From contig OZ281496.1 of NCBI GenBank assembly GCA_965637545.1, forward strand, positions 13,950,001-14,014,000: a DNA stretch of 64,000 nt, written 5' to 3'. Position 1 is the first letter of the stretch, and each line of letters begins with the position of its first letter. The notes under the pieces were generated by a model. That model was not told the DNA's origin and made no database searches. It saw only the letters and a list, made by a program, of their open reading frames with translations. The position numbers and the translations under genes are program-made. Source of the stretch: Phallusia mammillata. Lineage: Eukaryota. Shown piece after piece: positions 25,750 through 36,990 of this stretch.

Positions 25750-26138
25750 CATACTTAAATTTTCCGCCAGGGTGTCCTGTTTTGGTGCCTACAAAAATGG
25801 TGATGTCATTATCTCTATCATAGACATAATCAATTGGTAAAAACACCTTACTGTAACCCACTGTTATTAATAATTCCACATACTTACATCTTCCGCTGGG
25901 GTGTCCTGTATTAGGGCCTACAAAAATGGTGATGTCATTATCTCTATCATAGACATAATCAATTGGCACAAACACCTTACTGAAACCCACTGTTATTAAT
26001 ATTCCACATACTTACATTTTCTGCCGGGGTGTCCTGTTTTGGTGCCTACAAAAATGGTGATGTCATTAGCTCTATCAAAGACATGATCAATTGGCACAAA
26101 CACCTTACTGAAATCCACTGTTATGTCACATACTTACT
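25750..26138. repeat. About 128-bp tandem repeat (3 copies)
   Basis: Units start CATACTTA at 25750, 25879, 26007 and 26129 (partial) and share GGGTGTCCTGT...CCTACAAAAATGGTGATGTCATT...ATCAATTGG...AACACCTTACTG. Confidence 0.95.
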
Positions 26139-26904
26139 TTATTTTTAAATGGGACTCTTCTTAGGTCTAAAAACACAATGTTGTTATCTATTTTATAAAC
26201 AGGCATATTTAAAAAATGGTCTTACTTCTATGATTAAATTTGTTTCTGGGAAGCCATCTGTAAATAATAATGCAATAGATGGATTAATTACTCCAAATTT
26301 CAGTTACACCCCTTTGCTTACTCTGCATTAGGGTATATTTTATTTTGTCTGTAAAATATAAGACATATAATAGTAACACATTGTACGGTAATGATTATAA
26401 ACAGGTCACTTACTGTTGTAGGGCCCTGAATTGCCGGTAAGGCATAAATCTGTAAAATTGAACATATATACAGCATTTCCATTTATGTTAAGTCATCTGC
26501 CACACAGATTTCCTAATTAGCAATCAACTGTATTACCTTCGTTGCCGATTTTCCCTTTGTGTCTGTATAATAAACAGAATGAATTAGGTTGTCTTGCTAA
26601 ATTTTGAACGACTACTTGACAATTTAAAACAACTCACTTTGCTGTCAGCAACCTGCCGCAGCTCCACGTGACAGTTTTTGCAATTAATAAACTTTATATC
26701 CATTGCTCTACATGAAAATTAATAAATTTAATGTCCATTTTATAAAACAAACACAACATAATTAAACTACACACCACGACCAAATAATGTAAGTACACTT
26801 TCAATAATACGCCTTTTTGGCGCGGATCGCTCTATTGCGCCACCTACCGGAAATTAGGTCATTTTGGGGGGTAGATCCTCGTTATCGTGTTAGTAGCTCT
26901 ACCG

Positions 26905-27357
26905 GTACGCGAAGGTCTTTTAGGTGGTACGCGAGTAGATTTCGTTTTTTTTTTGCACAAAAACCTGGATTCACAACTTTATTTTTTGTTTATCTGGTTT
27001 TGTTTACAAAAAAACGTTACCTAAGCCTATTCTTATTGTTACGTAACTACTACTGTTGTGACGTGTTATTGCGATCTTCAAAATACAGGCCATGTCAATT
27101 GTCAGCACACAGTTGTTTTGAAAAACCGTAAAAAGAATCACAGTTGTTTTGAAAAACCGTATAACGGTGTGGCGCAGTGGGCGTTAATCATGTCAAGCAG
27201 CGAAAATGCATGTAACAAAAATCTCATTAAATTTAGTTGTGGCGCTTTAGTGTTATTTTAGTAGGCCAATATTCTTCTTCTCCATTCAATATGATTCGAT
27301 CAAATTAGTTGTTCTGCAAGAAGTGGTACGAGGTCGTAAAAAGGTTGGGAACCCCTG
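26905..27357. mobile_element. hAT-type MITE, left end not found
   Basis: Right TIR AAAAAGGTTGGGAACCCCTG and GTGGTACGCG subterminal motifs. Confidence 0.6.
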
Positions 27358-27519
27358 GTATATATGAAGTGTAAAAATTGGATTCAAACGATCTACTAGC
27401 TGATATTCGTTAAAACAAAACATTATGTTTATCACGGCGCTACAACCAATAAATGTTTGTAAAATTCCGCTGGTAATTAGTCTAATCCCCGGGATTTGTT
27501 ATTTTTCATTGTCAATTTT

Positions 27520-28350
27520 CCCTCACACACACGCGCTTTTTTTCTCGCCCAGTGTTGGACAAGCTATATTACTAATGTAGTCGTATATTTTACTAGTAGT
27601 GCAGAACGGGTTTTTGTTCGCACTGTACATCCTTTTAAAATACTTTTGAAGGGTGCGTAAAATTGTGGTTTGGTGTGTTTCTTTCTTCAAAGTTAGGTTT
27701 AGTCGCGTAATTGTTTTCTTTTCCACTGCGTTTTTCGAGGCATAGAAAGCATGCATTACTTTTACCTCCATATTCAACCCACCGAGCTTTATATCCTACT
27801 ATTGCGCTTTTGCTATACCTTTTCATAATCTCATCATATTTTTCTTGTGTTACCGTAATTTCGCTAGTTATGCGCTTATCATGGGGTTGGGGTAATGTTT
27901 CCAGCTCTGTTTTGCTTTAGCCTTCCTTTTTGCTTGCATACTTTATAATGCAACCGCGAAGGTTGCATTTCAGTGCTTGGATTTAGGAAATAAATCTCCG
28001 ATGTTTAGCTGCTATTTAATCACTATCTTTGTTCGTTGTGCCACCAGTCTACACAATTGTCTGATGTTAGTAGGTCTAGCATATTTTTCGAGCGTACATG
28101 TGAATGCTTACTTAGGCTTTTTCGTAATGGCGCCGTTCAAAACTATGCTTTCAGCAAACATGATTTTTGACTTTGAGCAGCCTTCTTGGATTCCAATCCA
28201 AACGCAGTCGGAGGCTTTAAGCAGATTTTAATACAACGCATCTTCAATCGGCATTCATTAAGAAACTTACGAATCAGGTTTTCAGTGAAGTTAATGCGAT
28301 CATTCCCTTTAGCAAAGTACTGCAATACGACTGTAGAACACCGAACATTT
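27520..28350 (-). mobile_element. L1/Tx1 ORF2 remnant (endonuclease-to-RT linker)
   Basis: KARWVEYGGKSNACFLCLEK matches the RxxWxExGEKxxxYFxxLEK motif, followed by LQKYFKRMYS. FLNECRL lies upstream. Confidence 0.7.
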
Positions 28351-28519
28351 ACAATGCCCGCATGTTTTTGTGCAATCAAGTTATTGCTAGCAAGAAGTAA
28401 AAACCGAAAATGCGCAACAATAGAAAGTTTCAAGAGGAAAGGAAGTGACAGAAACTATAATGAAATATGCGAGCAAATAGTTGCAAAAATGGTCCAATAA
28501 CAGTAAAGTGAAAAATAAA

Positions 28520-29391
28520 TCAATGTTCGATATCAACTGTTTCAAGCCTTGTGAAAGGTGAAAAGGGATACTTCAATATATCCTTCCACGTTTCGAACGT
28601 TAAAACAATAGCTAATAGGTTGCAAGAAATTGCTGCTGCAAATAGCTCCAACTCCACATACAAGTTACTAAGTATTGCTACAATATCAGTTGAAATGCAA
28701 AGGAGGGACATAAAAGCTGTTCGTTTGATCATTTGTAGCCCGGCAATGCCATTTACTCCTGGCTGGGCGCATTTAAATGGATAGAGAAAAAGGAATAGTA
28801 GTAAGCACTGGCCACCAAAATCAATTGCACTTCCCCCTATTAAAGGCCACACAGCATTTCCGTCAACATGTTTACACCCATACCCAAATGACTGAAATCG
28901 TTGAGTAATCGAGTATCCAATGCAAGCAGTAAATATGCCTGGATTCAGAAAGACAATGCTCAACCAATTTAGTACTTTAATCCAACGTTTGTAAAGGTGA
29001 TTCAAAAGCGAACTTTTGTAGAAACATCGTTGTTTGTACCACAGAAATGTGTAAACTGTACATGTATTAAAACCTAGCACCATGGCCATGACTTTTGTTA
29101 AAGTTTGACATGTGTTCGTTGATCCTAGAAAGTAACCAACATTTATATAACATAAGTCAAGCACGGTGTATATGACGACTAGGATGGACGCTACACTAGT
29201 CAACATGTACATAACCCATACATTTCTGTCTCCACTTGTATACTTGTTGTATGAACAACCATAAGCAAATATTGCAATAGTCAAGTAAATGGTAAAGCAT
29301 AAGTTGCATCTATCGTCTGCCAAGCAATTTTTTGAGAAGAATTTTTCGTTCTTTCTTCGATGTCTGCGAGAGTGGAAACGTTGAATTCCAT
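28520..29391 (-). CDS. Intronless 7TM/GPCR-like membrane protein with a single frameshift near codon 30
   Basis: About 7 hydrophobic segments with FLWYKQRCFY, GQCLLLFLFLYP and F..WK..L.YP motifs. ATG 29391 gives MEFNVSTL...KNSS (N-glycosylation sequons) and joins the long frame if one base is restored at 29301-29302. Confidence 0.7.
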
Positions 29392-29894
29392 CTTTCAGCA
29401 AAATCCAAAACGTAAACTACAATTTTCAATCAATAATAATCTGCCAAACCAAGCCTGAGTATAACGTCATACAATGTCAACCGCAGTTATAAGCAGCACA
29501 GCATATAAGAAACCATACTTCCTTCTTTAACGCGAACGTCTGATTGTGAAGTGTTTCGGTCCGACAATGAACTGAAACTCAGAAGTGAAAGTCCGAAAGT
29601 TTCGGATTAGACCCTAAAGTTAGATTTATCAAAGTTTAAATCAGGGAGTCGAACCGCTTGTTATATGGGTTCAGGTTCACCATTTATTGGTTGGATCAAA
29701 ATATTTCGTCCGAACCGAGATGCAGTGTTTAAATTGGTTTAAGTTCCATTTTTTCAATTTTAATTTTACTCTTCATCTACAGTCTACACAGAACTCCAAG
29801 ATAATTTTGGCGGTGCGCTGCGCGACACATTATGTTTTATACCAGTGGTTTTTAACCGGTGGGAAATTTCCCACTAGTGATTGTGGATATTAAC

Positions 29895-32798
29895 ATGCCT
29901 ACTGTTAGAGGGACAGATCCTGTGAATAGCATTTATGTTTACCCAACAAGAAATCACTCAGTGATCACCTCCAATGATAGTGGTATCTTTAACTGGAAAC
30001 AATCAGAGGCTGAAAAGATCAAAAAGACCTTCCTGAGGAAGTGTGTACGGGCAAAGGTCCTGTTACCATCGAATAGCAGAAAGGGAATTGACTTCGATTT
30101 GCTGCTGATACAACAGCAGAGGAGAATCGCAAGACAAGATGTTATTAGAAAAAAACGTGGGCATTACAACCGCGATGGACGAATTCAGAACAGGTCCACA
30201 CCCACGTCTAGGGAGGTTTACGCGTTTAAAACCGGTCTACACAAAAAGTATGAACGCAAATTTATTTGGCTGTTCCACAAGCAGTCTTGTTTTCGCCGCA
30301 AGTGGACGTATGAAGTAGACAAAACCCGTTTACGAAAAAAAGTCAAAAACAAGTGCGACAGAGTAAGGTACCGTCGAAGACAGGCTATCAAAAGAAGTTA
30401 TGAACACGTTACTGCAGTTACGGACACAATTTTGAACAAATCGGACGTAGTTTTAGATCGGGATGCAGAGTCATTGCTTATCAGAGGACTAAATTTTGTG
30501 CCAACCCCTTGTTGGAACAGCCGTACTGAGGAAGCAGAGTGGATGAGCATGGCGTCGCATATCAGACGCATAGAATGGGCGGATATATACAAGGATAAGG
30601 AGAATTTGGGTCAAACAGATATACCCGGCAAACTGAGAATTCCGAAAATATCTCGACCACACAGAGATGATTTAAGTGAGGAGGCAACAGTGTATGTTGA
30701 GTTGATCGAAGCAAAACTCAGAAACCTCGGCCCCAGAGTTCGGGCGGCATACAACTTGCACAACAATTTGGCACCACCGCTCAGGAGAAGCCTCACTTTT
30801 TTAGCCACAGCAGTTCGCAATAGAACCATTGTTGTTTGCCGGTCTGACAAAGACGGCAAAATTGTAATAGTCTCTTTTAAGGACTATGATGCAATTATGA
30901 GAAGGGAAATGGCTGACTATGAGTTGGTGGCTACAGACCCTCGCACTCTGGAAGTCATGGTAAAAAACGTAAAGACCGCCGCTGAACGATATGCCATTGG
31001 ACTGTTCAACCTGTCGGTCATATCCAAGGAGTTGCTTTTTAGTACGGTTGGCGTCAAACAGTCGAGTAGTCGGTTCGACAAGGTTCCGGGCCCCACTGCA
31101 AAGCACTTCGCCAATACCAACCCAGCATATGTATATCCGCTGTTTAAAACTCACAAACTGCAAAAGGATGTCCTAAAGGAAGTGACAGCTTTAGAGATCC
31201 CGGTCAGACTAGTACAAGCAGCAGGGAACACCTACCTCTCTCGCTGTACAATGCTTTTAGAATCTTTGCTTAAGCCAATTTGCATAGATTACTGTACCAA
31301 AGGTGTCAATGAATACTGCAAGGACACTCAAGACTACCTTAAAGCATTGGTTGCGTGGCAGTTGCAAACTAGTCAGTTGCATCAAGAAACACCGGAACTA
31401 TTTATTGTGGCTGCAGATGTTGCCGGACTTTATCCTAACATCCCTAGAGATTTGATAACGAAGTCTCTTTCTCGAGCCCTTCGTCGTCACACTGCGATCC
31501 CGACCACGGCTCGTAAGTGCATTGTCGAATTTGTAATATTTACGATAAATAATGCAATTATACAGTACGGCGGAAAAGCATACAAACAGAAAGAGGGCAT
31601 TGCCACCGGTGAGAACCATTCTGTTTCCCTAGCCAACATAGCTATGCACTATGTTGTGGAGTCGGTCGCCCCAGCAATAAGAAAAGCTGAGATATTTAAA
31701 AGGTACATCGACGATATTCTGTGGATTTCGTTTGGACGGGAAGCCACCAAGGAAATAAAGTCAGCGTTGCAAGCTGCTTTTCACAAATCCGGTTTAAAGC
31801 TCACATTTCGGGAATTTTCCAATAGAGATCGGAAAGGGAGTGTGGAATTTCTTGATGTTTTGCACTGCTATTCAAGTGATACAAAGTTACATTTCGTCAC
31901 CAAAGACCACGTGAAACAAACAAGCAAACACCGTTGCTTCCTGCACGGAACTTCCCATCACCCTTCACATGTATTTAGGGGCATTGTGTTGGGTGAGGCC
32001 AGCAGATTAAGGAGGCTGAATGAGTTGGACAAAGACTATTTCACCAGTCTGGAACGACTCAGGGAAAAGTGCCGAAGATCTGCGTTTCCCGAACGCATTA
32101 CAGAACAGTGTTTAAGTGTTTCGAAAACTTGGATGAAACGGTTCGCGTCACCAACTTGTCAATCCCGCAAACCAAGGATAGCTCGGGGTACAGCTTTCCC
32201 ACAGGCCTTGAAGTTAACAGCTAAGGAAAGGGACTTACAACTTTCCGCGACTGTAGTTTATAAAAGAGCAAGTACCCTGGGGAACCTTCTGACTAATTAC
32301 AGAAGCTTGGCCCATGCGTCAAAACAGCCCGTCGGCCAGTCGCGCCCTTGCGAAAAGTGTGCTTTGTGTGGCAATCATGGTCGTCATAAGAGCATGGTTT
32401 ATAAACAGCGCAAGTTCACAACACACGGACAAGTTTTAGAATTGAAGCAAGACCTGGACTGCAAGTGCTACGGCATATATGCGGCTACTTGCAACATATG
32501 CAGCGCGCAATACATTGGACAAACAAAAAACCGGTTTAGCACCCGTTGGACACATCACAGATCCACATGGAAAGAACACAAAGTAAATGAGGAAAATGAC
32601 AATGCAGCATTATTGCACCACTACGCCACAAAACACACAGCAGTTTTTTCGACACACCCCGACATAACACAATGTTTTAGCGTAACGTTTCTACAGCAGC
32701 CGGCACCTAAAGACCTGGATGCATGTGAAGCCAAGTGGCTTAAAATAACACAGGCCACCATCAATATTCAAAAAATGGTTTTACCTAGATTGCGCTGA
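29895..32798 (+). CDS. PLE reverse transcriptase + GIY-YIG endonuclease (967 aa from the first ATG)
   Basis: RGLNFVPTP, ADVAGLYPNI, YKQKEGIATG, RYIDDI, FLDV, linker CEKCALC and GIYAATCNICSAQYIGQT..RF..RW..H. Confidence 0.95.
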   Translation: MPTVRGTDPVNSIYVYPTRNHSVITSNDSGIFNWKQSEAEKIKKTFLRKCVRAKVLLPSNSRKGIDFDLLLIQQQRRIARQDVIRKKRGHYNRDGRIQNRSTPTSREVYAFKTGLHKKYERKFIWLFHKQSCFRRKWTYEVDKTRLRKKVKNKCDRVRYRRRQAIKRSYEHVTAVTDTILNKSDVVLDRDAESLLIRGLNFVPTPCWNSRTEEAEWMSMASHIRRIEWADIYKDKENLGQTDIPGKLRIPKISRPHRDDLSEEATVYVELIEAKLRNLGPRVRAAYNLHNNLAPPLRRSLTFLATAVRNRTIVVCRSDKDGKIVIVSFKDYDAIMRREMADYELVATDPRTLEVMVKNVKTAAERYAIGLFNLSVISKELLFSTVGVKQSSSRFDKVPGPTAKHFANTNPAYVYPLFKTHKLQKDVLKEVTALEIPVRLVQAAGNTYLSRCTMLLESLLKPICIDYCTKGVNEYCKDTQDYLKALVAWQLQTSQLHQETPELFIVAADVAGLYPNIPRDLITKSLSRALRRHTAIPTTARKCIVEFVIFTINNAIIQYGGKAYKQKEGIATGENHSVSLANIAMHYVVESVAPAIRKAEIFKRYIDDILWISFGREATKEIKSALQAAFHKSGLKLTFREFSNRDRKGSVEFLDVLHCYSSDTKLHFVTKDHVKQTSKHRCFLHGTSHHPSHVFRGIVLGEASRLRRLNELDKDYFTSLERLREKCRRSAFPERITEQCLSVSKTWMKRFASPTCQSRKPRIARGTAFPQALKLTAKERDLQLSATVVYKRASTLGNLLTNYRSLAHASKQPVGQSRPCEKCALCGNHGRHKSMVYKQRKFTTHGQVLELKQDLDCKCYGIYAATCNICSAQYIGQTKNRFSTRWTHHRSTWKEHKVNEENDNAALLHHYATKHTAVFSTHPDITQCFSVTFLQQPAPKDLDACEAKWLKITQATINIQKMVLPRLR

Positions 32799-33055
32799 TC
32801 CGCAGAGTTATTTCTAATCTTGCGTGTGTCTGTTGACGTTATCTTTTTCCGTTTTACGCCTCTCACCTTTTCTCCTTTTTTCCGACGTTGCGTCTGTTTT
32901 TTCGTCCTCATTACATTTACGCTTTTGTGCTCGTGTAGACAGTGTTAACCAAACTAGACATAAATGCTTTTAGTGTTTTAAGTTTTTTACTATTTTATTT
33001 TGTATGCTTTTACATCTGTTCTCTTTTAATTTACCTTCGTTGTTTGCAGTTTTTA

Positions 33056-33093
33056 GAGACTGACGATGCCTGAATAGGTGAAATATATATCTC
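33056..33093 (+). ncRNA. Minimal type I hammerhead ribozyme
   Basis: GAGA-CUGACGA-U-GCCU(GAAU)AGGU-GAA-AUAUAU-A-UCUC: conserved core, stem I GAGA/UCUC, a 4-bp stem II and a palindromic stem III. Confidence 0.8.
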
Positions 33094-33953
33094 GAATATA
33101 CCAACACAGTGTCTACTGATTTTGAGTCAGAAGCATTTGCTTCTTAATTAATCATTTACTGAAAGAATTTTGACTCAGTGATCGTGGATATTAACATGCC
33201 TACTGTTAGAGGGACAGATCCTGTGAATAGCATTTATGGGAAATTTAATGTTTTTAGAGGGATATTACGTGAGTCAGAAGTCACCAAACTCAGGCCCGTG
33301 GGTTGAAATTAACCATTGAAAGTTAATTTAATACAATATTTTCCGCAACAACATGTAAGATTAACTTCACCTAGTTTTACAAGGCGCATAAAAATCTAAA
33401 ATCGTTTGTTACGTCACAGACATTACTAAAAGGATCAATGACTTTGTTATTGTTCGCGAATAAATGCATTTGGACTGTTGATTGTGATGCGATAAATGAC
33501 TATTGCAAGCACCTGAGATTTTTCAAAATCCCACACAATTTTACTTAACCACGAAATCACTAAATAAGATTTCAGTGTACCTTTAAGGTTTCGACCAAAT
33601 CGCTTCACAAAATTATTTTGATTAAAGAATCATTTTTTGTTGGACACAAAACATCATTATAAAATTAACAGAGTGGGAAATTCGGACTTGGTGATTTACT
33701 TTAGTGGGAAACCACACCAAAAAGATTAAGAAGCACTGTTTTATACGCCTACTCAATCAGGTGTCATGTTTTATACGCCTACTCCATCATATTATCAACT
33801 TTTATGTCCTTTACCCAAAGTACCTACTATATCCGGCAATCAAAGAATTCCCAACTAAATAATTCAAGCGTCTTTCTGTGCTATACGCTCTCTAGATAGG
33901 ACGTGCCTTGTTACACTGCTGTGCAGTCATGTATATTGTTGCCGCATTACCTA

Positions 33954-34470
33954 CGGCGGGTGTGTCAAACTCGTGGGGTTCGAGTGCCAAATTGCAGTTT
34001 GAAATTATGTTTAGGGCTGCATGTGATTTTTAATCCAGTTTTATACACTTAAAACACAATCTTTTCCACTACGACAGTCGCATTGCAGATCCCTATTTCA
34101 CCAACAGACGCCAATCACCTGCTTGTTTTTAAAATTGCAGATGTAAAGAAATAGGTTTATACATACCGTCTACTGACTCCCCAAAAGTCCAGATTAATTT
34201 CCATTTTGATACTGAGATTGAACTACACAGTATGAAGATCAGTTTTAACTGTCTATTACGCCATAATATATATTGCGACGCTTTGGTGCATGTTTTTCGC
34301 ATTGTTTGCACACAATAGGCCTACAAAAAGTCTGGCGCATATGGCTGATAAGCTAGTAACACTCTTTTCAGTAACACAAAATCTGTTTAGAGCAGTTTGC
34401 CTAAGGAATTGTAATTACATCACAGCCGTCAGTACATTATCCTACGGCCGCATGTGGCTGTGAGGTTTGA
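33954..34470. mobile_element. Degenerate hAT-type MITE
   Basis: GTGTCAAACTC-like left end, CGGCCGCATGTGGC..GAGGTTTGA right region and an internal core shared with other MITEs. Confidence 0.45.
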
Positions 34471-36324
34471 GGAACGGTTTAATTACTATCGTTCTATTCA
34501 TAACGTATTAACTAATGTTTGTAAATTAAATTTCTGTAAATGCCTGGTTAAATATTAACTTTTACTTTGAAAAGTGAGAAACAATATCATTATAATTAGA
34601 TAAAAATCTGACAAAATACTAAAATTTTTGTTGACACCACTGGTCTACGGCCTCGTCTCACAGGAAGCAATTAAGTAGTCCCGGGTTAAACGTTACATGT
34701 AGGTTTAAATGCATATAAACGGTATTAATATGGTGAATGCATGCAGTAAAAAGCAATATAGGGCAGTAAAAAAAATCAAACAAAATGCATTATCTTTACA
34801 CGAAGCAATTGTGCTAACAAAAGACCACTAAATTATTGTTTTAGATTTGTAGCCGAACTAATTTTACTTTACCAAATTTACATGCTGTTTTCCAAATTGT
34901 CTGGTTGGTTAAATGTAATTAGATTGGACGGTTTTTAAAAGGCGGCTTAATTTCTCTGTTAAGTTGCACAGTCCCAATGTTTTACTCGAAATGGACGTTG
35001 CTATTAGTATGAACCGGCTTGTGTGATGTAAAATCTCTTTGTTGGAGTACATAAAGTACCCTATCTATTTGGAAGGTGACAATTTGTTTAAAGTGAGGCT
35101 TCTCTTGCGCTCGTTTTCACCCAGTACACATTTTTCTAAAATCTTTCCCTTACAAGATTAATCTTTTGCACGAGAGTCTGTGCCCCAAAGCTAGGCAATA
35201 AGATCGCAAGCAACGAAAGCGACGCGCTGGCAACGAAAGCGACGCGCTGGCTTAGGCAATGACGAAATAGCACAGGTGCATTTAAATTTAAAACACACTT
35301 GACCCAGAAACAACAAGTCTCTTCGAATATTCTTATTAATGCGATGACTTTTATGACAAGCACTTATTTCACTTATTATGAGCCAATTATTCGAATAGTC
35401 AGCACTGACTTAATATAAATAACAATCGTAGGGTACAACGTAGGTAAAACTCGAAACGATATTACTTTTACGGTCAACGCGCACAATTTGTTGAGTTCAC
35501 GTCAACAACTATCAGTAAAAAAGTGGCATACGAACAAACTGATAAAATAGTTTGTGCGCAAGAGTGCTCGAAAGGCGTATAACGTTGTGTCAAAAGAAGT
35601 TGTGACTGTTGTGCACTGACTTGTAACTGAAAAGAAAAAAAGGCAGTTGTGCATTCCGCAAGCGCTTTTATTACAAGTACGAGTGTCTGACTCCCTTCGC
35701 TATTTGGGCATCTGTTAGATTACTTCAGGCAAGCCGAAAACATTGTTATTACACAGATATCTATCTGCACCAGAGCAGCATAGGTATAAATTTTTAAGGG
35801 TTGTTTTAGGAATCTAGGATGTTGTGTAAAGTTTTCGCTCTATCAACTGTGCAGATTTGCTTCGTTGCGCTAACAAATGCTGATCGTTCTATTGATTCGC
35901 ATAAACACAGTAGTTTCACGCGAAGAAATATTCTTATTCATGGTGCCATGCAATGAGGTTAATTACTTTTGCTTGTTTCTTGTGCCAGAAGGAAGTGGTA
36001 CAGAATTGCTCTTTGTAAATGTTTTAGCATGTCGTTAAGTTCGCATTAAAGTCGGTGTGATTTACAATTTGTTTTACAACAATAATGGAGTATTATATGC
36101 TTGATAAAAAACGTTGCATACCGTCACTGACATTCTACATAAGCACTTCGTGAAGTATAATAAGGTTGAAAATTCGTTGACCCAGTTTACCACAGCAAAC
36201 AGTAATTATTTCCTGTCCCTGTAGAAACAATTAAGGAAGTTGTTGTAACTTAAATGCTGCATTCTGGTGGCGGTTGTTATGCAGTTTCATCTCATAACTT
36301 CTGGACATTATCAGTAGTCTGGAG

Positions 36325-36534
36325 CAGTATTTCTTAAACTGTGCGTCGCGACGCCCTGGTGCGTCGTTTCCTTTTTCCAAGGGCGCAGAATAGTTCCGTT
36401 TCGTGACTTTTGTTATTGTATCAATAACAGAAATTAATAACAAGTTTCCTCATTAACTTTTATTTGCTGGTGCGCCGCAAGTCCAGAAACCTTTTCCAGA
36501 GGCGTCGCAATAAAAACAAGTTTGAGAACCACTG
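36325..36534. mobile_element. hAT-type MITE 1 of an adjacent pair
   Basis: CAGTATTTCTTAAACT...AGTTTGAGAACCACTG, flanked by GTCTGGAG / GTCTAGAG. Confidence 0.85.
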
Positions 36535-36542
36535 GTCTAGAG

Positions 36543-36847
36543 CAGGGTCACTCAAACTTTCTTGCTCTGCGACCCCGTTTTGAAACAGAAATTTCTAATT
36601 TCAATACATAATCTATATTGTGACGCTTGTTGTATCTGCTTTTTCGCATTGTTTGCACACAATAAGCACACAAAAAGTTGGGCACTTGTGGCCTCTATAG
36701 GGTGGTAATACCCCTTTAAATTCTAAATGTGCTTAGAGCAATTTTAATACACGGGATTGATGTTTAAACAATAAATATACGCACGTATACCATTTATTGT
36801 AACTGACATAATAATGTTATATTACGCCCACAGTTTGAGAAACCCTG
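36543..36847. mobile_element. hAT-type MITE 2 of an adjacent pair
   Basis: CAGGGTCACTCAAACT...AGTTTGAGAAACCCTG, flanked by GTCTAGAG / GACTAGAG. Confidence 0.85.
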
Positions 36848-36990
36848 GACTAGAGTACGCATGATGAAATAAATGTTGATATTTCTTTGTTTGTCTTTTA
36901 TTATCTGAACGTTCGTTGTCTACAGTGCAAAAATAGTTTGTCGCATCATTTCGATGAAACAGAAAGTACATTTGTTTTTATTTTTGGCAG

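Larger units (their letters stand above)
29876..33238 (+). mobile_element. Penelope-like retroelement, apparently intact
   Basis: Single RT + GIY-YIG ORF, with 62-bp direct terminal repeats at 29876-29937 and 33177-33238 (1 mismatch). Confidence 0.95.
29843..33738. mobile_element. hAT-type MITE (about 535 bp) split by the Penelope insertion
   Basis: Ends CAGTGGTTTTTAACC and GATTAAGAAGCACTG, with a perfect 8-bp TSD TTTTATAC at 29835-29842 and 33739-33746. Confidence 0.85.

Noticed and set aside
26836-26850. CTCF-like motif GCGCCACCTACCGG
   Set aside because: A single short match that is common near TE ends, with no supporting evidence.
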